Positions 31,301 through 39,628 of a stretch of DNA of 64,000 nucleotides are shown in pieces. Under the pieces are notes generated by a model. It was not told the DNA's origin. It saw only the letters and a program-made list of their open reading frames with translations, and did not search any database. The DNA comes from Cyclobacteriaceae bacterium. GTDB lineage: Bacteria; Bacteroidota; Bacteroidia; Cytophagales; Cyclobacteriaceae. Position 1 is the stretch's first letter. Each line of letters opens with the position of its first letter. Location: assembly GCA_020832305.1 (NCBI GenBank), contig JAFIEV010000042.1:140607-204606 (forward strand), given 5' to 3'. The position numbers were made by a program, and so were the translations under genes.

Positions 31301-34300
31301 ACTATAGGAACTCAGCCTCTAGAAATACTCAATGGTTTGTTGGTGCTGGATAATGCGGCTTTCGACATAAGCTTGAGTGATGAAGCGAGAGGCAATTTCC
31401 ATATCCCCAACCTCTCCAATCCGGCTGCTTCCTCAGGCTCAGGTGGCCTTGAAATACGACAGGGTACGGTACGCCTCAGGGGCAATAATACCGGTATTCT
31501 TTTAGATGGATTGTTAAGGATTTCAGGCACGGGTGTGCTGGATATGGACGATACAGACAACAATGGAAACAACTTCATCGAATACGGATCTTCAGGCAAT
31601 GCCATTCTGGAAATTCAGGACGATGCCATAGTGACAATCGGCTCACAAATACGCGGACAAACAGCCAACAATCTTGGAGCGCTTAAATACCGCCAATCAG
31701 ATAATTCTGCAGTTATAATCGGAAAAAATGCCGCTCCTCTTAGCAATAAAGCAGTTTTAGAAATACTGGATAATCCTGGATCTGAATTTAGCCATAGCGG
31801 TGGAACACTACAAATCGCACGTGCCAATGGCGGAGCCCCAACACGGGCCGCATTGTATCTCAGACCCCAATCCATAAACACCAATGGTACTGGCACTTTA
31901 GTACTGGGGGACAATGCCATTGCTTCGCAGGTCATTCGCGTTGATGTACTCGATAATGATGGCGCCCGCATCCTCAATAATGTTATTATTGAGGGACCAG
32001 CTTCAACATCCGTTCTGCTATCTGAAAACCTTGGCATAAGAGGGAATCTCAGTATTGGCGACAATGCAAATCTGAATGCAGATGGCAAACGTATTAGAAT
32101 GAGAGGAGAAAGCTATACCAATAACGGAATCTACGAAGCCAGTGGCAATACTTTTATTTTCGAAGGAAATACCCAAAATATTTCCGGAACAGGTGAGAAC
32201 AATTTCTTTAACGTTATTGTAGATGTTAATGCTGTCTTGTCAACAGACCAGGATTTTTTAGTTCAAAACGACCTGTCAATACTTAAAGGTGAATTTGAAC
32301 TGGGTAATTGGAATGCCACCATTAACAGGCATCTTATCAATAATGGAAAATATACAGCCAATACTGGCAAAATAATTTTAACAGGAGCAGGTATACCACA
32401 TCAGATCAGCGGTAGTGGTGTCTTCGGAAGGCTTGAATTAAACAATGCTTCGGAAGGCGCGACGTCTTTAACCAACCTGGCTTTCGATCAAAGTATTGAA
32501 CTCAGGGCCGGAAACTTAAAAATTGGAGATAACCTTTTGGAGCTTGGAGAAAATGCTGAAATTATAAATCTCGACGGGCCTTTCAGCGCGTCCAAAATGA
32601 TTCGCACCAATGTAGTTACTTCCGACAAAGGTGTAAAGAAATTCTTTCCGAATGCTTTTACGGGTTCTTTTACCTTCCCTGTGGGCGTAATCAGAGGGGG
32701 CGATGATATTTATACACCTATGGAAATTGCCTTTACCAGTTTATCAGGACAGAAAGCCGTTACGCTCGTACCCGTAAATGAAGCACATCCCAGTACTGAA
32801 AATGCAATCGACAATTCATTATCAGCACGTGTGTTAGATTATTACTGGAAAGTATATGATAACAATCCCGCAATTACTGCTGAAGGATCGTTAGTTTTTA
32901 CCTACCCGCAATTACTGGTAGATAACGCGTCAAACGAAGTTAATTACATACCCGCCAGGTTACAGGGCACTTCATGGTCAAAATTCCCTGTGGATGATGT
33001 GGATGAATCCTTAAATACCATTTTATTCTCCTTCAATAACAATAACCTTGGTACCGATGGCAGCACTTCAAATCTTGCCGGATCACACTATACAGCCGGT
33101 CTTGATGAAGATATCCCAGACCAAATTGCTGTATTTCGATATGCAGCAGTCACCGGCACATGGGATGAATTAATGAACTGGCAGCGAAGTGATGATGGCG
33201 GATTAAGCTTTGGCGCTTTTGGTACAAATATACCCACAGGTGGGCCTTCAGGACAAATCGTGTTCGTATCAGAAAATTCATTGATTAGCGCCCTGGGTGC
33301 TGATACCCCCTCAAATTTATTCGCTTTCCGAAAACCCTATCAGACCATATTCGAAGGTGGCGAGCTGATCATTGGCGATACCCGTGGTAATTCCCTGGGC
33401 ATTGCGAGCATCCGTGATGGATACAGTGGCAAAATCACGGTGGGAGGTTCAGAAAGAGCGCTTCTGCCAGCGGGAGACTTGTCACCATTCTTTCAAAATC
33501 CTGAAAGTATCATTGAATTTACCGGGAATATATCTTATACCCTCGACCCCCGGGCCTTGAATGTTGGAACCTTAATCGTTTCCGGTGGTGGTACAAAAAT
33601 TCTTCCTTCCGGAGTACTTAATACCAATAGAGACCTGGTTGTGCAAACTGGTACAGAGCTTGATAATTCGGTACACAATAGCAACATCAATGTCGGTCGT
33701 GACCTCTTGTTAACGGGTACAATCAGGACGGGATCTGCCAATATTCAGGTAGCCAGAAATCTTACATTCGAAACAGGCTCAACTTTCCAGGAAAGTACTG
33801 GTATAAACCTTAGCATAGGTGGTAATCTCCGTCGTGAAGCAGGCTCAACTGTAAATTCAACAAACACCAATCTTGTTATGAATGGCAATTCAGCGCAAAA
33901 TATCCAGGGGCAAGCCATGACATTCCGTTCGTTAACCGTAAACAACAGCGCTGGTGTAACCATCAGTTTAGCAACAGGGAGCAACGGTTTTACTGTGGAA
34001 CAAGCCCTTACTATCACTGCTGGCAGGATCAATACAACAGGCTCTGATAATTCATCTAATTTCAGACTTAATGGAGCCGTAAGCATTAATGGTAGCGGAG
34101 CAAACCGCTTTATCAACGGACCTGTACAGGTATTAAATCTGGGAACTGGCAGCGCCTATATGGTGCCCGTTGGAAATGGCAGCAGATTTGGGCCAGTTCA
34201 TATTAATCCAAGTTGTGCCAGCCAGACCTGGACGATAACCTACCGAAGTGCCAATCCAACCACAGCACCCGGTTTGGGTCCAAGCTTAGACCCCGCTTTT

Positions 34301-35158
34301 CTTGCACTAAACCCAACAGCTAATATAAGCCTGAATGAATATTGGATCATCGATGGCCCATCTTGCAACGCCAACATTACACTTCGTTGGGACGAATCTT
34401 CTAATGTCGGGGATAATGAGCTGGCTTGGGAACAATTGGTCATTATGCGATGGGTACAAGCCAGCTCGCACTGGAGCCCGGTTTCTTCAACACCAAGCCA
34501 TAACTTTATTGCATCTACCATAAGTGACCAGGTACCATTTAGCACTAACTACTTAACACTGGGCTCACCAAACGCAGATGTTAATCCTCTTCCTGTAGAG
34601 TTGATATCATTCTCTGCCAGATATAGAGATTCTAAAGTAATTTTAAACTGGGCGACAGCTACCGAAATCAACAACGATGGTTTTGAAATTGAACATTCAC
34701 AAAATGGAACTGCCTTTGAAACTTTAGGCTGGGTACCTGGCAATGGCAACTCCAAAGACAGGATTGATTACCATTTTATTCATGATAATCCGTTTATCGG
34801 CGTTAATTACTATCGTTTGAAACAATATGATTACGACGGCGCTTTTGAATATTCCCCTTTGGTAATGGTGAATGTACAGCCAGATGCCAGAGGAAAAATA
34901 CTGGTTAAACTATGGCCAAATCCCGTTGAAAATGGAGAATTAAACTTACTCGTAGAATTTGAAGAACCAGAAAGCCACATATTAATGGAAATAATTTCAT
35001 TGGATGGTCAAGTAATGCACACGGCAAATCTTCAGGCTAACCGAATAGGATTTACTGAGAGCAAAGTAGCCGGTTTAAGTCTCCTGAGGCAAGGCATTTA
35101 TCTGGTCCGACTGAGTACGGTTCGCGGAGTACATGTTCAGCGCATTGCCATTAAGTAA
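25355..35158 (+). CDS. Giant (about 3,250 aa) secreted cell-surface protein: LamG-like N-terminal domain, three long beta-helix-like modules and a T9SS C-terminal sorting domain
   Basis: Single uninterrupted 9.8-kb ORF. The signal peptide is ...KLLLILALFALHLCHSPNVYAQ, with an alternative ATG at 25403. The N-terminal region LSQWNDVSGNENN...YLRFDGTDD...IDLAEFIAF is LamG/concanavalin-like. The C-terminus KLWPNPVENGELNL...GIYLVRLSTVRGVHVQRIAIK is a type-A T9SS CTD, preceded by a PVELISF..LNWATATEINNDGFEIEHSQNG domain. A strong terminator follows. Confidence 0.85.
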   Translation: MKNLLPLVCLRLYDLSMHTLYFRVQCKTKLLLILALFALHLCHSPNVYAQSGPGGVGNETGTSGQPRNVMWYLPGSMVNTAGNLSQWNDVSGNENNISQPIPAWRPQINSFSTFNYLRFDGTDDRLPINGELLTNTPYTIFMVTGRRANGLAGGGVLMGGSTGSANQNLHPFFNSNTEIRNHHWGNDFNATISPALTAGTENFGVFAFRLNSGNRSMFQNGGHLGNGGSGAQLSSFTDAHLGHRPNGSNFGQIDLAEFIAFQNTLNDAQVLIVSTYLSKKYGLIISPSATDLYTGAAATYLRDLAGIGRLTGAAGGVDGFHDIAGSAGLYLSGAADFMSGEFVMAGHAGGGKGTSTANLSGTVTHRWERDWYIKKTGNPSTTRLAFSMQEGVSGGQFPGDLSNYVLLYRSGTTGDYSIISTGAFLTGSDRISFDVSDADLQDGYYTPGTTNNTNSPITGTGAVTWYSYTGGGNWNDPATWTLDPSGTDYVNPGGNGKPSDNPVSRVVILNGRTVVMDGNNFQNAFLEIEAGAVLDLVITSNHSFGEIRGQGIIRTQNADNFPLFTLATDFQNNGTFEITGAGSSLTGSATTGTFHNLRINLNAETNIFTQLRNITINGNLTIQRGTFRINDDVSTIRLDLTISGNVTIESQGRIRVGQGNTLANNIGGSQPYRIALNDNLSYNNGQTNLPPTIEYYNLYHRVGIFGNFTNNGNVRFTNQDKPNYGAFAGQADLYAQSDAASVAPGAATVAFRGTANTVVTLNGTTDFYQLIVNKGINETHILRLNASQPQFFNLYGPNRLGGVTTGNANMGPMGNYTANASGNVMSMKALCLLNGTLEVAGRTILLSLTNTGGAGNVNSDYYVPATARLWVNSPNAEVYTTIDAQNSGPNYPVRDFVNIANVLPSAYGGTPQNRLPNTAIEGINYDHRGSATALSIIGTVQVSQGILSNRNSAGFIYRASAPSRVIVEGGFVDTSVFRSEDGGSGGSSAFVMTGGKMTVRGNDTANNLFGDVGSGHPLFTVALPQNSFTMSGGTLEVTNASTSGIFLVGSAPSNVNVSGGTVRLVLNNYNNNRSRISSTAPFYNLVLANNTTNNNDNRRFFLEPINDVNGTDFAARPLVILNDLILEGGLTRTTTGNVYSTYLDACGSGNCQNISIGRNLRIEDNTVLDLWSGNANNEGSSTISFTGSNNAHIYVGDITTFNKDFVGYSDPEGGSVDPFLDWEHPFYNLIVNKPSGSLSLQAKSPGIGPNTDNSKLASGGKNIRDWRTNLIKVTNQFRLENGDFNQTDNRNLTFTQPAPLTGTFNISYSLRLYVDEIFLNGNLFNYEEGLSPKNASVRFRSGAGVINLSATSNASIGNVRLNLNGIPGGDTLYLNSNVYIKRMEFRHGKVNLRTHNLKIDILDINFANNAAQVNRAAGTQPVFDNNNIFLSSGNSSDGGLSLKWPRPVNTNYPEYWSNNNAYNQARLLWFPIGPDLSPSNSSLNMGVVFFHDDPEAFTDEGYVNVKIVKGISSLVNNTETSGHLLQVHWRVGFEGFTNLTPTVSHVFGYQDSQTDDGVNGGNEVNYVPGSILSEVPFTRSAQNASNIKTGGDTGVNGQLLGSNPRNVLVFNNSITTIGNSRMVTNNDPAVYNWTGFPGDGFPLVKSIYTAGAEGYFVGAPTVYFSRRTGDNMNWNNTNSWSTVSHTGAPAGNFPKAGDIAILFGNNTAGSGGRHWYNINVDVNVAEIIFRDVAELANQPWRPRLTTPADRTISAGRISGPGELYLTMNNSSTSQVFADLGEFVLNENARMNFRHEGSNNTIINLPANLTAFPRLDFESSGGNRSIRVFQPITINQSWAIGQTAIAIVDHNVVVKRNLQNRDNTTGRVRFGQSGNWTLHVEGDIRMGNPSDGAFDITVLNTNPNTLRHILKVAGDITHNTGVLQLYNGGGANNNATLELTGSENASYTKISGGATSFYKVVMNKANKDFSFTFSNAGTFQLPTTIGTQPLEILNGLLVLDNAAFDISLSDEARGNFHIPNLSNPAASSGSGGLEIRQGTVRLRGNNTGILLDGLLRISGTGVLDMDDTDNNGNNFIEYGSSGNAILEIQDDAIVTIGSQIRGQTANNLGALKYRQSDNSAVIIGKNAAPLSNKAVLEILDNPGSEFSHSGGTLQIARANGGAPTRAALYLRPQSINTNGTGTLVLGDNAIASQVIRVDVLDNDGARILNNVIIEGPASTSVLLSENLGIRGNLSIGDNANLNADGKRIRMRGESYTNNGIYEASGNTFIFEGNTQNISGTGENNFFNVIVDVNAVLSTDQDFLVQNDLSILKGEFELGNWNATINRHLINNGKYTANTGKIILTGAGIPHQISGSGVFGRLELNNASEGATSLTNLAFDQSIELRAGNLKIGDNLLELGENAEIINLDGPFSASKMIRTNVVTSDKGVKKFFPNAFTGSFTFPVGVIRGGDDIYTPMEIAFTSLSGQKAVTLVPVNEAHPSTENAIDNSLSARVLDYYWKVYDNNPAITAEGSLVFTYPQLLVDNASNEVNYIPARLQGTSWSKFPVDDVDESLNTILFSFNNNNLGTDGSTSNLAGSHYTAGLDEDIPDQIAVFRYAAVTGTWDELMNWQRSDDGGLSFGAFGTNIPTGGPSGQIVFVSENSLISALGADTPSNLFAFRKPYQTIFEGGELIIGDTRGNSLGIASIRDGYSGKITVGGSERALLPAGDLSPFFQNPESIIEFTGNISYTLDPRALNVGTLIVSGGGTKILPSGVLNTNRDLVVQTGTELDNSVHNSNINVGRDLLLTGTIRTGSANIQVARNLTFETGSTFQESTGINLSIGGNLRREAGSTVNSTNTNLVMNGNSAQNIQGQAMTFRSLTVNNSAGVTISLATGSNGFTVEQALTITAGRINTTGSDNSSNFRLNGAVSINGSGANRFINGPVQVLNLGTGSAYMVPVGNGSRFGPVHINPSCASQTWTITYRSANPTTAPGLGPSLDPAFLALNPTANISLNEYWIIDGPSCNANITLRWDESSNVGDNELAWEQLVIMRWVQASSHWSPVSSTPSHNFIASTISDQVPFSTNYLTLGSPNADVNPLPVELISFSARYRDSKVILNWATATEINNDGFEIEHSQNGTAFETLGWVPGNGNSKDRIDYHFIHDNPFIGVNYYRLKQYDYDGAFEYSPLVMVNVQPDARGKILVKLWPNPVENGELNLLVEFEEPESHILMEIISLDGQVMHTANLQANRIGFTESKVAGLSLLRQGIYLVRLSTVRGVHVQRIAIK

Positions 35159-35183
35159 AAAATCTCGTTTATTTTATCCTTTA

Positions 35184-35217
35184 GAGAGGCCCTGTATTCA
35201 GTGGCCTCTTTTTTTTA
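35184..35217 (+). terminator. Rho-independent terminator of the giant gene
   Basis: AGAGGCC (35185-35191) pairs with GGCCTCT (35203-35209) across an 11-nt loop. A T-run (35209-35216) begins at the last base of the 3' arm and extends 7 nt beyond it. The hairpin begins 26 nt after the stop. Confidence 0.75.
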
Positions 35218-35544
35218 TAATTGCATCTCAGGAAAAACCGATAAGCAATTTGTGGCCTATTATTCATTGGTTTAATTTTTAATGCTTGCTTACAATACCA
35301 TCTGTGCATTCAGTGTATAATTGATGTAAGTTACTGCCAGATCTTTTGTAAATTATACAATAGTGACAGAATTCGTTCCTTCCAATGGTCGAAGAAGCTT
35401 AACAATTATTCAATTCCATGTAATAATCCAATCCTTTATTCAACTCATAATATTTTGCAAAATAACTATTAAGATTCATTCTGTATTAATGACACTTCTC
35501 CACTAGTCGGTTGAGATTATTGGTATAATTTTTTAAATTGCATT

Positions 35545-35571
35545 ACAGGATATTATTCTTATAAATCCTGT
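35545..35571. promoter_or_regulatory. Perfect 7-bp inverted repeat upstream of the Mo-hydroxylase operon (candidate operator)
   Basis: ACAGGAT (35545-35551), a 13-nt spacer, then ATCCTGT (35565-35571), ending 48 nt before the ATG at 35619. Confidence 0.3.
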
Positions 35572-35618
35572 TCATCCCAGTAAAAGATTTATTTGTTTGT
35601 AATAACGAACATATACTC

Positions 35619-36254
35619 ATGCAAGACGATCATCAAAAACCCAGACAAGAATTACCCAAAAAAGGATTGAGCCGCAGAGGGTTTCTCAAAGGCGCAGGTC
35701 TTACCACCGCAGGTACTGTAATCCTGCAGGGCGGCATTTTGGGTGCTGAAGCGGCAGCCGTTGACAAAACCCTCGGTCCTGATGCCGTAACCATCCAATT
35801 AAAGGTTAATGGAATTCAGCGAAAAATCGCGGTAGAACCAAGAATCACCCTGGCCGATGCGCTAAGGGATAAGCTTAATCTTACCGGCACCAAAGTAGTA
35901 TGCGACAGAGGTTCCTGTTGTGCCTGCACTGTATGGCTGAATGGCAAACCAGTCAATTCATGTATGACACTCGCTATGGATGCCACAGATGCAGAAGTGG
36001 TGACCATAGAAGGGCTGGCTCAGGAAGACAAACTTCATCCGGTACAGGAAGCTTTCATTGATCACGATGCCACCATGTGCGGATTTTGCACACCAGGCAT
36101 GGTCATGACAACTGCTCATCTGTTGGAAAATAAACCCAATGCCAATCTCGATGACATTAAACACGCCATACGCGGCAATGCTTGTCGCTGCGGTACACAC
36201 CCTAAGGTGTTTGATGCAGCTTTGGCAGCCGTTCAAAAAATGAAAAAATCATAA
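35619..36254 (+). CDS. Xanthine dehydrogenase-family (PaoA/YagT-like) 2x[2Fe-2S] small subunit with Tat signal
   Basis: Twin-arginine motif SRRGFLKGAG, the plant-type [2Fe-2S] motif CDRGSCCACTV...C, and the second cluster CGFCTPG...CRCG. Confidence 0.85.
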   Translation: MQDDHQKPRQELPKKGLSRRGFLKGAGLTTAGTVILQGGILGAEAAAVDKTLGPDAVTIQLKVNGIQRKIAVEPRITLADALRDKLNLTGTKVVCDRGSCCACTVWLNGKPVNSCMTLAMDATDAEVVTIEGLAQEDKLHPVQEAFIDHDATMCGFCTPGMVMTTAHLLENKPNANLDDIKHAIRGNACRCGTHPKVFDAALAAVQKMKKS

Positions 36255-36289
36255 TCATCCATTTTATACATCTTTAAAACATCTTAGAA

Positions 36290-38605
36290 ATGGACAAGAA
36301 GACATTGATCATGCCCTTTGGAATTCCAGGGCATAATCTTACCCAAATAGAACGTGAAGTCCCTGCCGATGAGCCCCCGGCCTGGCCGGTTAATGCTGAG
36401 CTTAAGGAAGTAGGGAAAAGTGTAAAGAGAGTAGATGCCCGTGCCAAAGTTACCGGACAGGCCAAATACACTTCTGATATTCAATTGCCCGGGATGCTGT
36501 ATGGGAAAATGTTGAGATCACCATACCCCCATGCCCGCATCCGAAACATCGACACCCGCCAGGTTGAAAGACACCCCGGAGTTTTGGCAGTGCACATACT
36601 CGGAAAGGACATCTCCATGGCTGGTTCCAAAGATGAAAGCGCCGATAACTATCCGGAAGTAAAATACATCGGACAGCCCATTGTAGGGGTGGCCGCCCTT
36701 AATGATAATACCGCTATCGAAGCCTTAAAGCTTGTAAAGATAGACTATGAAGTGCTTCCTTTTGTCGTGGATCTTGAAAAAGCAAGAATGGAAGGTGCAC
36801 CACTTGTTTTTGAAGCTCCTGTTGAAAAAGAAGCCTCTGATGGAGGCGAGGAAATTGAAAAAGGGCTGAGTCTCAGTGGAAATGTTCGTGGCCCTTCCCG
36901 GGGTCAGCCTCGTGGCGATACACAAAAAGGTTTTGCCGAGTCTGATATTGTTATTGAGCGCACTTATGTTACGCAGGTGCATATGCACAACCCCCTGGAA
37001 ACACATGGTGTGGTTGTGGACTGGAAACCCGATGGTATGCTAATCTATGCATCAACACAATCTACGAAAGGGGTGCGCGACGAATTTGCTCAGCTTTTCG
37101 GATTTAGAAAAAGTCAGGTGCGGGTAATTACTGAGTATATGGGAGGTGGGTTCGGCGCTAAGTATGGCGCTGGAAATTTCGGCGTAATGGCCGGTCATTT
37201 ATCCAGAAAATCGGGCCGACCCGTGCGTTTAATGCTCGATCGCAAAGAAGAACAGTTAACCGCAGGCTTCAGACCTAACTCGGTGCATCAACTTAAAATA
37301 GGGGCAAAAAAGGATGGTAAACTTTCAGCCATACAACAGCGGTCATATGGAACGGCTGGTGTTGGCCTGGGAGCCGGCGTAGGAAGTATAGCCCAAAATA
37401 TGTACGAATGCCCCAATTTCGCCACTGAACAATACGACATTTTCACACACTTTTCCCCAGGTGCCGCCTGGAGAGCCCCAGGCGCGGTACAAGGTGCGTT
37501 TGGCCTTGAATCGCTGATAGATGAAATTGCAGAATCCCTCAACATAGACCCTTTGAAATACAGGGATATTATAGATAAAAGTGAGGTTCGAAAAGTAGAG
37601 CGCCAAAAGGGCGCTGAACTTTTTGGTTGGTCAAAAAGAAAAAAAGCCGGTTCAGACCCTGGTCCTGTTAAAAAAGGAATGGGCCTGGCACAATCGAGCT
37701 GGCCCAGGTTTACACATTTAGATTCTACTGCAGAAGTGAGGTTATTCAGAGATGGAGCCGTCGAAGTACGCTCCGGGGTTCAAGATCTGGGTACTGGCAC
37801 TAAAACCATCCTGGCACAGGTGGTAGCTGAAGAACTGGGCTTAAAAACTGAAGATATAACAGTGAGGATCGGGGATACCCTTTTTCCGGATGGCCCTCCT
37901 TCTGGAGGAAGTGTTACAGCCGGTTCTATAACCCCTGCTGCCCGTAATGCAGCTTATCAGGCAAAACTTAAACTTTTCCGGCAAATTGCATCCAAACTCG
38001 ACACCACGCCGGATAAACTTATGACTGCTGACGGCAAAATATACGTGACAGGTGAGCCCTCTAAAAATATCTCTTTTGCAGATGCCCTGAAACAAATGCG
38101 GACAGAGCAGTTAACAGCAGAAGCCAGTCGCAGTGATGATTATGGAGGCATGTCGAGAGATGACCTGGGTTCTGTGCAATTTGCGGAAGTAACTGTAGAT
38201 ACTGAAACCGGCTTTGTAAAAGTTGATCGCATTGTAGCTGCCCATAGCTGTGGCCGCCCGCTCAACATAGCACAGATTGAAAGCCAGATCAATGGTGGTA
38301 TCATACATGGTATTTCCTATGCCCTGTACGAAAGCCGGGTGATCGATGATCAGACAGGCCAGATGATCAATGTGAATTTTGATCAGTATAAAATCCCCTA
38401 TGCTTTTGAAATCCCGGATATCCGCACCATTATTCTTGAGGAATATCCTGCAAAGTCATCTACTGATGCTTATGGAATAGGTGAGCCTGCCAATATTGCC
38501 ACTGCTGTGGCAGTAACCAATGCTATTTATAATGCAATTGGTGTGCGAATTTTTGAACTGCCTGTTACACCGGCAAAAATACTTGACGCTTTAAAAAGAG
38601 CCTAA
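36290..38605 (+). CDS. Xanthine dehydrogenase-family molybdopterin-binding large subunit (PaoC/YagR-like)
   Basis: 771-aa ORF with an a/b-hammerhead N-terminus (RVDARAKVTGQAKYTSD), YMGGGFGAKYG and a C-terminal GIGEP motif. Confidence 0.85.
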   Translation: MDKKTLIMPFGIPGHNLTQIEREVPADEPPAWPVNAELKEVGKSVKRVDARAKVTGQAKYTSDIQLPGMLYGKMLRSPYPHARIRNIDTRQVERHPGVLAVHILGKDISMAGSKDESADNYPEVKYIGQPIVGVAALNDNTAIEALKLVKIDYEVLPFVVDLEKARMEGAPLVFEAPVEKEASDGGEEIEKGLSLSGNVRGPSRGQPRGDTQKGFAESDIVIERTYVTQVHMHNPLETHGVVVDWKPDGMLIYASTQSTKGVRDEFAQLFGFRKSQVRVITEYMGGGFGAKYGAGNFGVMAGHLSRKSGRPVRLMLDRKEEQLTAGFRPNSVHQLKIGAKKDGKLSAIQQRSYGTAGVGLGAGVGSIAQNMYECPNFATEQYDIFTHFSPGAAWRAPGAVQGAFGLESLIDEIAESLNIDPLKYRDIIDKSEVRKVERQKGAELFGWSKRKKAGSDPGPVKKGMGLAQSSWPRFTHLDSTAEVRLFRDGAVEVRSGVQDLGTGTKTILAQVVAEELGLKTEDITVRIGDTLFPDGPPSGGSVTAGSITPAARNAAYQAKLKLFRQIASKLDTTPDKLMTADGKIYVTGEPSKNISFADALKQMRTEQLTAEASRSDDYGGMSRDDLGSVQFAEVTVDTETGFVKVDRIVAAHSCGRPLNIAQIESQINGGIIHGISYALYESRVIDDQTGQMINVNFDQYKIPYAFEIPDIRTIILEEYPAKSSTDAYGIGEPANIATAVAVTNAIYNAIGVRIFELPVTPAKILDALKRA

Positions 38606-38617
38606 AATTTATTAATT

Positions 38618-39625
38618 ATGAACAAATTTAAATGGTTCAATGCCCAAAATATCGAAGAAGCCCTGGAACGCACCAATGCTACTGTTTCAGATGCCATTAA
38701 CCGGGGCTCTGCAGATAGCGCTATTATAAAATCAGGTGGAATAGAACTTCTTGATTTTATCAAAGAAGGAATTATTGAGCCCGCCGAAATTATAAATATC
38801 AAGAGCATCCCGGGACTTGAAGGCATCGCCTTTGACCGAACTGCTGGTTTGCGCATCGGGGCGAATACTACCCTTGCTGATATTGAAAATAATGGTGATA
38901 TTAAATTGCAGTATCTGGCCCTGCACCAGGCCGTATCCAAGGCAGCAACTCCCCAATTGAGAAATGTTTCTACCCTGGGCGGCAATATTGCCCAAAGAAC
39001 GCGCTGCTGGTATTTCCGGTCCATTGATCATCCTTGCTTTAGAAAAGGAGGTACAACCTGTTTTGCACAAAATGGTGAAAATCAGATGCACGCAATTATG
39101 AATAATGGTACTTGCTGTAGTGTGCATGCATCATCTGTTGCTACCGCTCTTCTGGCCTATGGCGCTACAGTGGAAATCACTTCACGTGGTGGGCAAAAGA
39201 AAGATGTATCCATCGATGATTTCTTTGTTAACCCATTTACTGATATCCGGAGAGAAAGCGTTCTCCGCCGGGGTGAAATTATTACCGCTGTAAATATTCC
39301 GGCGCAAGGTAAAAATGTAAAGAGCTGGTATATCAAGCAGGGCGAAAGAGCATCTTTTGACTGGGCACTGGCCGATGTGGCTGTTGTGGTTGAACTCAGT
39401 GGAAAGCGTGTCAGAAAAGCAGCAATAGCCATGGGGGCTGCCTCCCCGGTTCCTGTGCGATCTAAAGCAGCAGAAGAATTTATTACAGGAAAAGACATCA
39501 ATGCCACCACAGCTGCCGAAGCTGGCCAGAAAGCCATGGAAAATGCCACACCCCTGGCAAAGAATGGCTACAAGGTTGATTTGTTTAAGACTATTGTAAA
39601 AAGAGCGCTGCTTGAAAGTGTATAA
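38618..39625 (+). CDS. Xanthine dehydrogenase-family FAD-binding subunit (PaoB/YagS-like)
   Basis: 335-aa ORF with the FAD-binding PCMH-type pattern (KSGGIELLD, STLGGNIAQRTRCWYFR) and a CO-dehydrogenase flavoprotein C-terminal-like end. Confidence 0.85.
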   Translation: MNKFKWFNAQNIEEALERTNATVSDAINRGSADSAIIKSGGIELLDFIKEGIIEPAEIINIKSIPGLEGIAFDRTAGLRIGANTTLADIENNGDIKLQYLALHQAVSKAATPQLRNVSTLGGNIAQRTRCWYFRSIDHPCFRKGGTTCFAQNGENQMHAIMNNGTCCSVHASSVATALLAYGATVEITSRGGQKKDVSIDDFFVNPFTDIRRESVLRRGEIITAVNIPAQGKNVKSWYIKQGERASFDWALADVAVVVELSGKRVRKAAIAMGAASPVPVRSKAAEEFITGKDINATTAAEAGQKAMENATPLAKNGYKVDLFKTIVKRALLESV

Positions 39626-39628
39626 ATT

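Noticed and set aside
26314-34755. A dozen or more antisense and out-of-frame ORFs of 60-157 aa inside the giant gene, for example 31615-32088.
   Set aside because: All lie within one continuous 9.8-kb reading frame that has clear domain logic. They are low-complexity and consistent with shadow ORFs produced by codon bias.
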